Below, piece by piece: positions 30,581-40,854 of a stretch of DNA of 64,000 nt. The stretch is from Eledone cirrhosa (taxonomy: Eukaryota), in assembly GCA_964016885.1 (NCBI GenBank), contig OZ024742.1:348006001-348070000 (forward strand), read 5' to 3'. Numbering within the stretch: position 1 is the stretch's first letter; every line of letters starts with the position of its first letter. The notes beneath the pieces were generated by a model. The model worked only from the letters and a program-made list of their open reading frames with translations. It was not told the origin of the DNA and ran no database searches. Made by a program: the position numbers and the translations under genes.

Positions 30581-31772
30581 TTGTGTGTGGTTAATATTAG
30601 GGATAACATCCAGCCATAGAAAGCAAGCCAAAAAGGAATGTCATGGTCACCCTGCTAAAAAATAGCATCATCATCATCATCATCATTTAACACCCACTTT
30701 TCCTGCTAGTAAGGGTTGGACAGGTTTTCACTGTCGGTATTCAAGAAGGGCTACTGACCTCCCAGACAAACCAGGGGTTCGCATCTCACTTTCTGTGACT
30801 AGATGCCCTTCGAAAGGTCAGCTTCTTTATTGGATGTACTTGGTGTATATTTTGTGACTTCTGTATTATCACTTATAGGGTAGACTAGGTGTATTTTATC
30901 AAGGTACCAACACTAATATTTTACTGGGCATACTTTTATCATGCACCAGTATGCCAGTAGGTCAGATTGAAAAGCCCCCTCAGACCCTATGTTGTTTTTA
31001 TTTGATTGCCAAATGCTGTAGCTTCTGGTCTCTTACTACATTTACTTTTAATGTCACAGTGGTAGACAGGTATTTTCTATTATGACATACCACCAGTCAA
31101 CTTGGTCTTGTGTCATATCCTTTGTAAGGTTCAGTTTCTTGAGGTCTTTCTTCACAACTTCGTCCCATGTTTTATTTAGTCTCAAATATATTGCAGCCTT
31201 CATTTCATGCTACAAAAACTGGCGATGGGCTTGCGACCTGTCCTGGGAGGCGAGGGATGGATGCACAAAGATTGCATATCCCAAGACCCCAAAGAGGGTC
31301 TGGAAGGGAGCAAACCTTGACAATTGGAGTTTCTTGAGGTCATTCTTCACAACTTTGTTCCATGTTTTCTTTAGTCCCATATTAAGTGCTCTGCACTTTT
31401 TTCAATACAACACTTAATCTCTTTATGCATCATAAGCCTTTACCAGCACAAATGTCTCTTTTGCACACTACATTAAATTGCTTTTATACTGAACTTTTCT
31501 CTCAGTATACTTGTGCTCTGTCATTCACATTTACCAGCATTTCACATCCCTATGAAAATATGGAAGGTTCTTTTCTTGTGGGAAAAAGCTGTTAAAATAC
31601 AGGTAAGTATAAATAGTAGTTGAATAAGTTGGGCAAAGTATACCTGGAGAGGGAATCACCTGTGGGCATCAAACTATGTATCTCTCAGAGGTGTATAGTT
31701 CTGTTCCTTCTGGTGTCTCTGTCTATGGCAAATGTAAAATTCTGATGGACAGTTTTCTTTTTTTTCTTTTAG

Positions 31773-31858
31773 GTCATGTAGCACCATATGTGGCGACGGT
31801 GAAGCTCAGATCCTTTTCGCATGGGCTAAGAATGCTGACCCAGCTAAGTTACCATGTG
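31773..31858 (+). CDS. PAM: PHM/PAM coding exon 4
   Basis: Long polypyrimidine tract, ttttag|G...TGTG|gtaaat; SCSTICGDGEAQILFAWAKNADPAKLPC (compare ILYAWARNAPP); phase 2 to 1. Confidence 0.92.
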
Positions 31859-32603
31859 GTAAATATTCAGTTCTATAATTAATTTTAATCTTGCTACTAA
31901 TTACTGTGAATGTGTCAATTGACAGTCATTAGAATGTTGGCTAGAATGTTTTGCTGTATTTGTTGTGGCTGTCTTCACTCTCGAGCTTTAAAACATGTGG
32001 AGATCAACTTTACCTTTTATCTATTGGTGGAATTGTTAAATGTTTAGTTGGGATACCTTTTACTCTCGGGTCTCGAATACTTATTAATTTTCCAGTTTTT
32101 TCCCACCGCCCACTCATATCCCTAACCCCACTCTTATTAAATTTTACTAATCTATCTCCAGTGAAATTTTATTGGTAGCATACCTGTGATAATTACTTTT
32201 CTTTAGACATTAAATAAACATTATTCATGACAAAAAGTACATTACAAGAAATCCCATAAGTTATAAAATAAATAGGATGGGTTGGGGGTCTCAATATGTA
32301 AACTAAATGACTCTTTTTGGTTTTTTAAAAATCAACAGAGACAACCTAGGAAAATGACCCCCACCCCCCACGCACACACTTATTTGGGATCTGAAAGTAG
32401 ACTCTATGCCAACTGTTTATATTCTGAGTTTAAATCTAAAGATCAACCTTTTTTTTAACTAAACCAACTAATGTTTCAAGTTTATTACTGGTTAACTAAA
32501 CCAACTAATATTTGAAATTATTTCTACTGGTTAATTAAACCAACTAATATTTGAAATTATTTCTACTGGTTAATTACTGGTTAATTTCTTCTTTTCTTTA
32601 TAG

Positions 32604-32681
32604 ATGTTGGTTTCCACATTGGGAAAGGAACAAATATTTCATCTTTGGTCTTGCAAGTACATTACAAAAATAAATTTACAG
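32604..32681 (+). CDS. PAM: PHM/PAM coding exon 5 (third CuH His)
   Basis: tttatag|AT...ACAG|gtaatg; DVGFHIGKGTNISSLVLQVHYKNKFT (compare GVGF...VLQVHY); phase 1 to 1. Confidence 0.92.
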
Positions 32682-32789
32682 GTAATGTAAACCCTCTCAT
32701 TGGTTTGGTAGTGACTACAGTGGCGGTGGTGGTGGTGGTGGGGGCTTATTGTTGAACCTATTTTAATTATCCAGCAGCAGAAGCACTAT

Positions 32790-33350
32790 TGTCACCATCA
32801 CCACTACTACAGTCATCACCATCATCATTGCTACCACCACCTCTGCCATCACTGCTGCCACCTCCACCACAATCATCACCATCACTGTTGCCACCACCAC
32901 CACTAGTCATCACCATCACTGCTGCCACCACCACCACCACCACCCCTACAATTATCCATATTACCACCACCATCACTTGCCACCACCACAACTTGCCATC
33001 ACCACCCCTACAATTATCCATATTACCACCACCATCACTTGCCACCACCACAACTTGCCATCACCACCACCACCCCTACAATTATCCATATTACCACCAC
33101 CATCACCACCACCACCCCTACAATTATCCATATTACCACCACCATCGCTTGCCACCACCACAACTCGCCATCACCACCACCACCACTACAATCATCATCA
33201 CCATCACTGCTACCACCACCAGCAACACTGCTGCTGTCACTACAATCATCCCAGCACCTCCACCACTACAATCACCACCATCTCCACTACTACCACCACC
33301 ACCACCACCACCACTACTACCACCACCACCACCACCACCACCATCACCAA
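32790..33350. repeat. (CAC/CAT)-rich trinucleotide low-complexity tract with internal 45-60 bp tandem units
   Basis: caccacccctacaattatccatattaccaccaccatc occurs four times at ~32935-33150. Confidence 0.85.
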
Positions 33351-33691
33351 GTAGATAAATAAATGATTCTGTTAGATGCCAACATTTGATAGTTGAAGTA
33401 TGTTTGAATATTAACGCCTTCACATTACAGATAACAACACTTCACTGTATTATTGTCTTGAAGCCTTTTCATAACAAACTGTCTCAGTCCCCTTCCCTGC
33501 TTTTATTATACAAAACTATTTATTTTGAAAGTGTTTGAGGCTAGAGGCTCGGCTGACCAAGATACTCTCATGGAATGACCAAATGAGGTTTATTTTTTAA
33601 TATAGCCCCTAAAAAGAACCAATGCAGTTATTAAGAAGAGTTGAAATTAATGCATGCAAGATTTCACAGCTCTAACATCATTCTTTCATAG

Positions 33692-34166
33692 GCATGTGTC
33701 TAACACACGTGGACATGCCTACAAGATCAGAAAACAGCACAGCTCCCATGACTTTCGTAGACATTTTTTCACGCTCAGAGTTGCTGAAGCATGGAACAAA
33801 CTGCCTGCGTCAATTGTTAGCTGCCGAGACACTGCATCCTTTTAGACACTCATGCTTCCCAAAATACGCCAAAACTACACCTGATGTACCCCTTCCATAC
33901 ACATGCACACGTGTGTATCATGACTCGTGCACTGTTCATTTTACTGATGTTTGTGCATTGCCCTATGTACTGTACATGCACTTTTTTGATGAGTTGTGGT
34001 GCACCTGGGCACTGTACACAATATTTCATTATTGTTATTATTATTATATCATGACTCATACACTGTTCATTTTCCTGACATTTGTACATTATTCTATGTA
34101 CTATACATACACCTTTGATGAGTTGTAGTGCACCTGAGCACTGTACACAATAATTTCATTATTATT
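33692..34166 (+). mobile_element. CR1-like LINE 3' end with duplicated 3' UTR and (ATT)n tail
   Basis: TRGHAYKIRKQHSSHDFRRHFFTLRVAEAWNKLP is a CR1-type C-terminus. The 3' UTR is present twice (~33918-34047, ~34049-34166). Confidence 0.85.
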
Positions 34167-34920
34167 ATACTCTCATGGAATGACCAAATGAGGTTTATTT
34201 TTCAATATAGTCCCTAAAAAGAACCAATGCAGTTATTAAGAAGAAGAGTTGAAATTAATGCATGCAAGATTTCACAGCTCTAGCATCACTCTTTCATAGT
34301 CAGCCTATAAACTTTTTAACACCCTCGTATTTATCTAAAAGGCAGTGAAGAATCGATAGAATGTCAGACAGAATACTTTGCGGTATTTGTTCTGACTTTC
34401 TCTACGCTCTGAGTTCCACTCTCACAGCAGTCAACTTTCATCTTTCAAAGTCAATAAAAAAGTACCAGACTAGTATAGGGGCAGAATCTTCTTCTCTACC
34501 TCTTTCTCATTTCCTCTCTATCACTCTCTCCTTCTTTGGAAGAAATTAGCTGTGTTCAGATCTGGAGATGGGATTGGCAGAAGTGATAGAATGTCAGATA
34601 GAATGCTTGTGCCCCTATGACTCCAGGAATTATGGGTCCATAATATTTACATATTTAAAAACCTTTAATCATAATTGTATCTAAGAAGCTTATGTTTCTA
34701 ATAAACACTCTGTAGAATGGTTGGTGATAGGAAGGGCATCCAGCCCTAGAAAACTTGCCAGTTATACATTACTTATAAATAAGATTATAAGAATATTTAG
34801 TAGATAAATTATATAGTATTCATTCATGATTTATTCAAAGTAACCCAACTTATTTTTATAAAGTGTTCAGAAAAAATATTCTTGACGCTGTCCCACAGTC
34901 CTCCCATCATTATATATTAG

Positions 34921-35045
34921 ATTCAGGTGTGACACACGTGCTACAGAGTTGAGTCAGATCAGTACCGATTGAACCTTGAGCTGATCAATATCGAAACTCG
35001 TGTCACACCTGAATAAACTTGATAATACTCGTTCCTACTTATTTT
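34921..35045 (+). mobile_element. pLTR relic with hammerhead 3' half
   Basis: 15-bp inverted repeat attcaggtgtgacac/gtgtcacacctgaat; GAAAC-TCGT-GTC-ACACCTGAAT-AAA. Confidence 0.45.
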
Positions 35046-35063
35046 TAATTATATGTATGTGTG

Positions 35064-35094
<31 letters not shown>

Positions 35095-35223
35095 CATCAT
35101 CACTATTGTTTAACATCTATCTTCTATGCTAGCATGGACTAGATGGGTTTGTCCCATTTGAGGCAAGTTGGGTCAAGTGACCGTATCTTGCTCACATAGG
35201 ATTTTTTCATGCTGGTTTTCTAC

Positions 35224-35260
<37 letters not shown>

Positions 35261-35884
35261 AACACGCATGCTACATTATTATATTTGATCAATAGTTAAT
35301 TACTATGTTGTGAGAAAGTTAGAGTTAAACTATTGATTATGCAAACCAATGACCTGATTTCAACCCTTGTAAACATTTCACCTTATCTTACTTGAAGACA
35401 ATTCCATTTTCTTACTGATTTAAATAATTTGGCATGGTTTCTGCAGCTAGATTCCCTTTCTGATCCCAACCATCTGTCTTAATGCTTTTCTAATGAAAGC
35501 CTCTGCCTATGTATTTCAGTTAATTTTGAAAAGAATTTGGAAAGATTTAATAAAATGACTAACTGTCTTATTATTTTGTTGGTATTTGGTACATTTAAGA
35601 AAAAATTCTTACACAGAATTATAATGGTAAGCTTAAATTTAAGTATGAACACTTTAAAAAACAAGCAGTATTTAATCACAGAATCAAAGGCAGTTTCAGG
35701 CAGTTTGGTATTAAAAAAGGTTTTTAAATATTTACAAAGATGCTGGCGAAGATGTTGGTGTCTGTTCCTGTAGTATTATTGACTCTTAGCAATGACCCAA
35801 CCATCTTATTCCATTTCTCTTCACAACATTCATCACTGGCTCTATTCTTCTCACCTAGTCACTTTCATCCTTCCTCAACATATG

Positions 35885-36291
35885 ACCTAACCATCTAACA
35901 CCATTTATCTTTACACCATTCATCACTGGCTCTATTCCTCTCAATAGATAAATGGAGGATATATGTTTAAGATGTTTTGTATTTTGCCAGAAGCAGAAAT
36001 AACAACTAAAAAGATTGCAAGTGTGAGGTGTCAAATGGTTGAGGTAACCATGGTATTTATTGTCATCATCATCATCATCATTGTTTAACGTCTATCTTAA
36101 ATGATGATGATGACAATAAATACCATGGTTACCTCAACCATTTGACACCTCACACTTGCATTCTTTTTAGTTGTTATTTCTGCTTCTGGCAAAATACAAA
36201 ATATCTTAAACATATATCCTCCATTTATCTATTGAGAGGAATAGAGCCAGTGATGAATGGTGTAAAGATAAATGGTGCTAGATGGTTAGGT
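35885..36291. repeat. Near-perfect 191-bp inverted repeat (25-nt spacer)
   Basis: 35885-36075 versus 36101-36291, with 3 mismatches by manual comparison. Confidence 0.95.
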
Positions 36292-36333
36292 GAGAATAAA
36301 AATACAATGGTCTTTTGTTTTTGTACATTACAG

Positions 36334-36385
36334 ATACACAGTCTGCCGATAAATCAGGATTATCTTTATACATGACAAAACAAAA
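36334..36385 (+). CDS. PAM: PHM/PAM coding exon 6
   Basis: ttacag|AT...AA|gtaagt; DTQSADKSGLSLYMTKQK (compare DCSGVSVHLT); phase 1 to 2. Confidence 0.87.
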
Positions 36386-36547
36386 GTAAGTTTGAAATAG
36401 TAATATTATGTGTGTAAACATCCTTTAGTCATCCCAATGTAGATAACTATAGTAATAACTGATCACTATTAACAATAATTCTAAAGAATATGATTGTGAA
36501 TACAAGCAGCTGAAATGGGGTTCCTCCAAAGGGTCTTTGGAGTAATA

Positions 36548-36842
36548 TAATAATAATGAAATTATTGTGTAGAGTGCTCAGGTGCACTACAACTCGTCAA
36601 AGGTGCATGTATAGTACATAGAATAATATACAAATGTCAGGGAAGTGAATAGTGTATGAGTCATGATATACATGTGTGCGTGTGTATGAAGGGGGAAGTA
36701 TTAGGTGTAGTGTTGGCGAATCTCAGGAAGCATGGAGGTTTTAAAGGATGCAGTGTCTCGGCTGCTAACAACTGATGCAGGTAGTTTGTTCCATGCCTCA
36801 GCAACTCTAAGCATGAAAAAATGTTTCCGAAAGTCATGGAGA
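36548..36842 (-). mobile_element. CR1-like LINE 3' end
   Basis: Reverse-complement match to 33745-34166. Confidence 0.8.
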
Positions 36843-37140
36843 GTGCATAACTCTGAGATCAGAGAATCACTCTAGGTAGAGCCGCTACTTCTCCGAGTTG
36901 AGAGATCACAGCTGCGATACTATGGGCAGGTGGTTAGAATGTCTCGGGAAAGAATCTCTGGATAGATTTTACGGGCATTACCAATCGGCAGGAGACTCAG
37001 GGGGTAGGTCCTAAGCAAGATGGTTGGATAACATCCATGAGCTTGGCTGACCTCACTTGAGTATCCAGCTGGATCAGTTGGGAAATGCTCTTGGTATATA
37101 GGAGATTCATGATTTAATTCCTCGCAAGCATCTCTGTCCA
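36843..37140 (+). mobile_element. Decayed RTE C-terminal fragment (different subfamily)
   Basis: Translates to VHNSEIRESL*VEPLLLRVERSQLRYYGQVVRM. Confidence 0.6.
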
Positions 37141-37362
37141 CTTTTATTACAATCCAAGTATACTTTAACTGATTTTTTTTCATCTATTTTTTTTATAGTG
37201 ATTAGCTATTATTAGAGTTATCTGTGTTGGGACAACTACATTTTCAAATTGTAGAATAATATAGTTCTGTCTTGCCTTCATTTGATGTCTGATTTTCCAT
37301 ATTGGTTCAGGTATTGATGTGAAGATTTGTTAAATCTGTGTTTTTATTTTCCTATTTTTCAG

Positions 37363-37430
37363 ACAGAAGTATACTGCAGGAATCTTTCTTCTTGATTCTG
37401 ATAATGGTTTCATTCCAAAATTAACTCCAG
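37363..37430 (+). CDS. PAM: PHM/PAM coding exon 7 (last exon found; gene incomplete in window)
   Basis: tttttcag|A...CCAG|gtaggg; QKYTAGIFLLDSDNGFIPKLTP (compare QPLIAGMYLM..IPP); phase 2 to 1. Confidence 0.87.
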
Positions 37431-37544
37431 GTAGGGATAAATTATATATTATGACATTGTTCATCACTTGTAACTAGCTTCCCAGCTTTTTAACAGCATA
37501 CAAACAACAACACATTTTAAGGCAATTGTCCTGGCTAAAGCATA

Positions 37545-37880
37545 ACAAATTTCTTCATTTTGCCCTATTAGCTGCATCTTCCTTCACCAACTCACTGTCT
37601 TTCTTTCCTCCTTCATCATCCCTAGCCATGTCTTTCTTGGTCTTTTCCTTTCTCTACTTCATTTCACATTCATCTCTATCACTCCTTTCATCCTTCCTCA
37701 ACACATGACTTAACCATCTCATTCCATTTCTCTTCACAACATCTATCACTGGCTCTATTCTCATCATTCTCTGCAATTCATTATTTATCTTTCTCTCTCC
37801 ATCAGTGATACTCCACTTATCCACTGGACCATTCTCTATCCAATCTTTCCTATCTTCTCTACTTCCCTATTCTCACTGAA
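37545..37880 (-). mobile_element. Old RTE C-terminal fragment
   Basis: - strand RIEPVIDVVKRNGMRWLSHVLRKDE-like; related pieces at ~35790-35945. Confidence 0.55.
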
Positions 37881-38267
37881 TGGATATATTTTATTCAACA
37901 ACAAACACATTTATATATATTTTCCTTCAATGATGTAACAAGCTGTTACATAAAGACATGTGAAATTATTTCTTTTGTGAATATAATGAATACTGGCTGT
38001 TGTATGTAACCTCAAAACAAGGCCTGGGCTGATCTAGCATTTACATTTATAGGTATATATACACACACAGATACACACAGACATGGACACACACCGACAC
38101 ACACACACAGGCACATACACCAACACACACACAATACAATGAAGATATCTGTATAAGCAAAGCATGGTCATCTGACCTAGCATTGCTCACAACAGGACAA
38201 CTCGTCTGACCATGCTAGCATTGAAGAATGGATGTAAAATGGTGATGATGATTTATATATATATATA

Positions 38268-39055
38268 CTAGCAGAGTGGCCCGGCGTTGCTCGGGATTTG
38301 CTCTAGGGTTCTTATATATTTGATATATATTTATCCTTCACGAGCCTCGTGAAGTAAATACGTTTGTTTATATTTTGTTATTGTGTATGCAAAAATATCT
38401 GTACACGAATATATAAATAAAGAAGTACGGAATACCTCGGCCTCGGGTTGGTGTCTACATTTTGTGTTTATAAAAAAAGTTTGTCGTACATTACCAGGGT
38501 TTTTTTCCGTTCGAAGAAAATCAATACTTTATCGCAAAATAAATACTTTTGTTTATATGTGTATGCAAAAATATCTGTACACGAATATATAATTATATAT
38601 ATATAATATATATATATATATATTAAAATAACAGATTAAAGTTTAAGCAAAGAATCGCTGCTTTCACTCTTAATGGGATCTTCTGAAACTAAAATAATAA
38701 ATCTGTGAACGCAGAAGTAAATATTTCGAAAAACGTTACACACTATATATACATACACACACACACACTGTGTCATAATGCCGTTATGCAGACAGACAGG
38801 CATACAGACAGATATTATAAGGGTGCAACGTAATATCTATGTATCTATCTAAAAAGAGAAAGTCTAAGAGAGAGAGAGAAAGAGATCGCCTAATGCGGTC
38901 CCTAGGCATTGAAAATTTGAAATATTTTTGCTCAGAACACTCAATAGAACCATAAGTATTACATGTGTAAAGTTTGAAAACAATCGGTTGGGTGGTTCTC
39001 GAGTTTTAGTGATTCTACAGACAGAGACAGACATTCTCTGTTTTAGTAATTTAGA
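38268..39055 (-). mobile_element. Non-autonomous Helitron
   Basis: On the - strand: 5' A|TCTAA at 39055, and a 3' hairpin cccg-agcaacgc-cggg followed 8 nt later by CTAG|T at 38268. No TSD; inserted between A and T. Confidence 0.75.
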
Positions 39056-39061
39056 TAAAGC

Positions 39062-39690
39062 AACCATGTTCTGTTGGATGTGGAATGTAAGCGTGAGAGA
39101 AAGGCTTGGATAAGTTGAGGGAGAAGCTGGGTTTAAGAGGAATTCAAGGTAGTGTGCAAAAGAGAAGACTCCGTTGGTTTGGACATGTGATGTACATGGA
39201 TGATGATTGCTGGCTGAAGAAGAGCCAGGAAATGCCAGTTATAGGGAAGCTGTGGTAGATGTAGACCAAGAAAGACCTGGGCAGATGTAGTGAGAGCTGA
39301 CCTCAAATCACAGAGAGTCATGGCGACGACAAAAGATTGAGACGTTTGGAGTGATGCTGTGCTGAAAAGGATCCATACAACCCATGCAAGCATGGAAAAG
39401 TGGATGTAAAAACGATGATGATGATACAAATATATAAGTGGTCATGTAGGTAACATGACAAAAAGCACCCAATCCACACTGTAAAGAGGTGGTATAAGAG
39501 ATATGACAAAAAGCACCCAGCCCACACTGTAAATGTGGTTGGCATTAGGAAGGGCATCCAGCCAAAGAAAACCAGTCAGAAACAGTCCTATACGAGCAAG
39601 GCATGGTCACCTAACCAAACTTGCCTCAAATGGGACAAATCCATCTAACCCATGTTAGTGTGGAAGATAGACGTTAAACGACGATGATGA
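39062..39690 (+). mobile_element. RTE C-terminal fragment plus an RTE 3'-UTR fragment
   Basis: LRWFGHVMYMDDDCWLKK...RPRKTW, with (GAT)n tails at ~39415 and ~39685. Confidence 0.75.
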
Positions 39691-40854
39691 CACACACACA
39701 CACACACATAAATGCACGCGCGCGCGCGCACACACACACACACGTCTTATTTGCAACAGGTGTGTTTTCAATTATCTAGTGACTGACCTAACAACTCTTC
39801 ATTTTATCAAATACTTTTTATTTACTTGAGGATTATCAACATGAGACTAGCCTTTTAGTTTCAGTTACTGTTAAAACACACCTGAATGGCAACAGGTGGT
39901 AGAATCAGTAGAATACTTTGTAGTAGTCAACTATGGTCCTTAATGTACACACTTCAAACCCCACTAGGATCATCTACTTTGTTACCATATTTCTAATGAA
40001 ATACACAGCCCTTATGTTTCAAGTAACTTTGAAAACAATCAAGAATTTGAAGCTCACATTCTCATTATTAAGCTGATATTTGAAGTATAACTTAATACAC
40101 TGTTCACTCCCCTGACATTTATACATTATTCTATGTACCATATATGCACCTTTGATGAGTTGTAGTGCACCTGAGCACTGTACACAATAATTTCATTATT
40201 ATTATTATTAACAAAGGTTCTTACACTAAATTTAGGCTGGAATCGTTTTCAGATAAAAACCTTTGTATCATATATTTCAGGGTGTTTGGAACAATATAAA
40301 CAAAAGGCTCTTACATAAAATAATTGTTTCTACTTTTGGCACAAGGCCAGAAATTACCCAGTGCATTACTGGTAATTTATTTTATCGACCCCGTAAGGAT
40401 GAAAGGCAAAGTTAACCTCGGCGGGATTTGAACTCAGAATGGCAAGGGCCATAACTCTATGCGTCAAAGCATGGTGTCCGATCCTCTACCGATACTGCCA
40501 ATCCACCGCCATAAAATAATAATAATAATAATACTGTGTACAGTGTTCAGGTGCATTACAACTCATCATAGAATAATGTACAAATGCCAGGAGAATGAAA
40601 AGTGTATGAGTCATGATATACACACAGATGAATGCGTGTGTGTGTGTGTGTGAAGGTGGAAAAGCAAACAGTACAGTGAAGAAATATATTAGTTTAACGC
40701 TTGAAATAATAGGAAAAAAATCTGAATGTTTTAGACACTAGTCCTTCATCAGAATATCGTATTAGAAATAAAAGATGAAATGGAAAGATAGAGAGTGAGA
40801 AGAGGATGGAATGGAGAAAAATTTGAGAAAAAAAAAGGCACACATGTACATATT

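Noticed and set aside
32767-33423. Pro/His/Thr-rich ORFs
   Set aside because: Trinucleotide low-complexity tract inside a PHM intron.
33985-34125. TGATGAG motifs as hammerhead cores
   Set aside because: Preceded by T rather than C, and no stem II-GAAA follows; part of the CR1 3' UTR.
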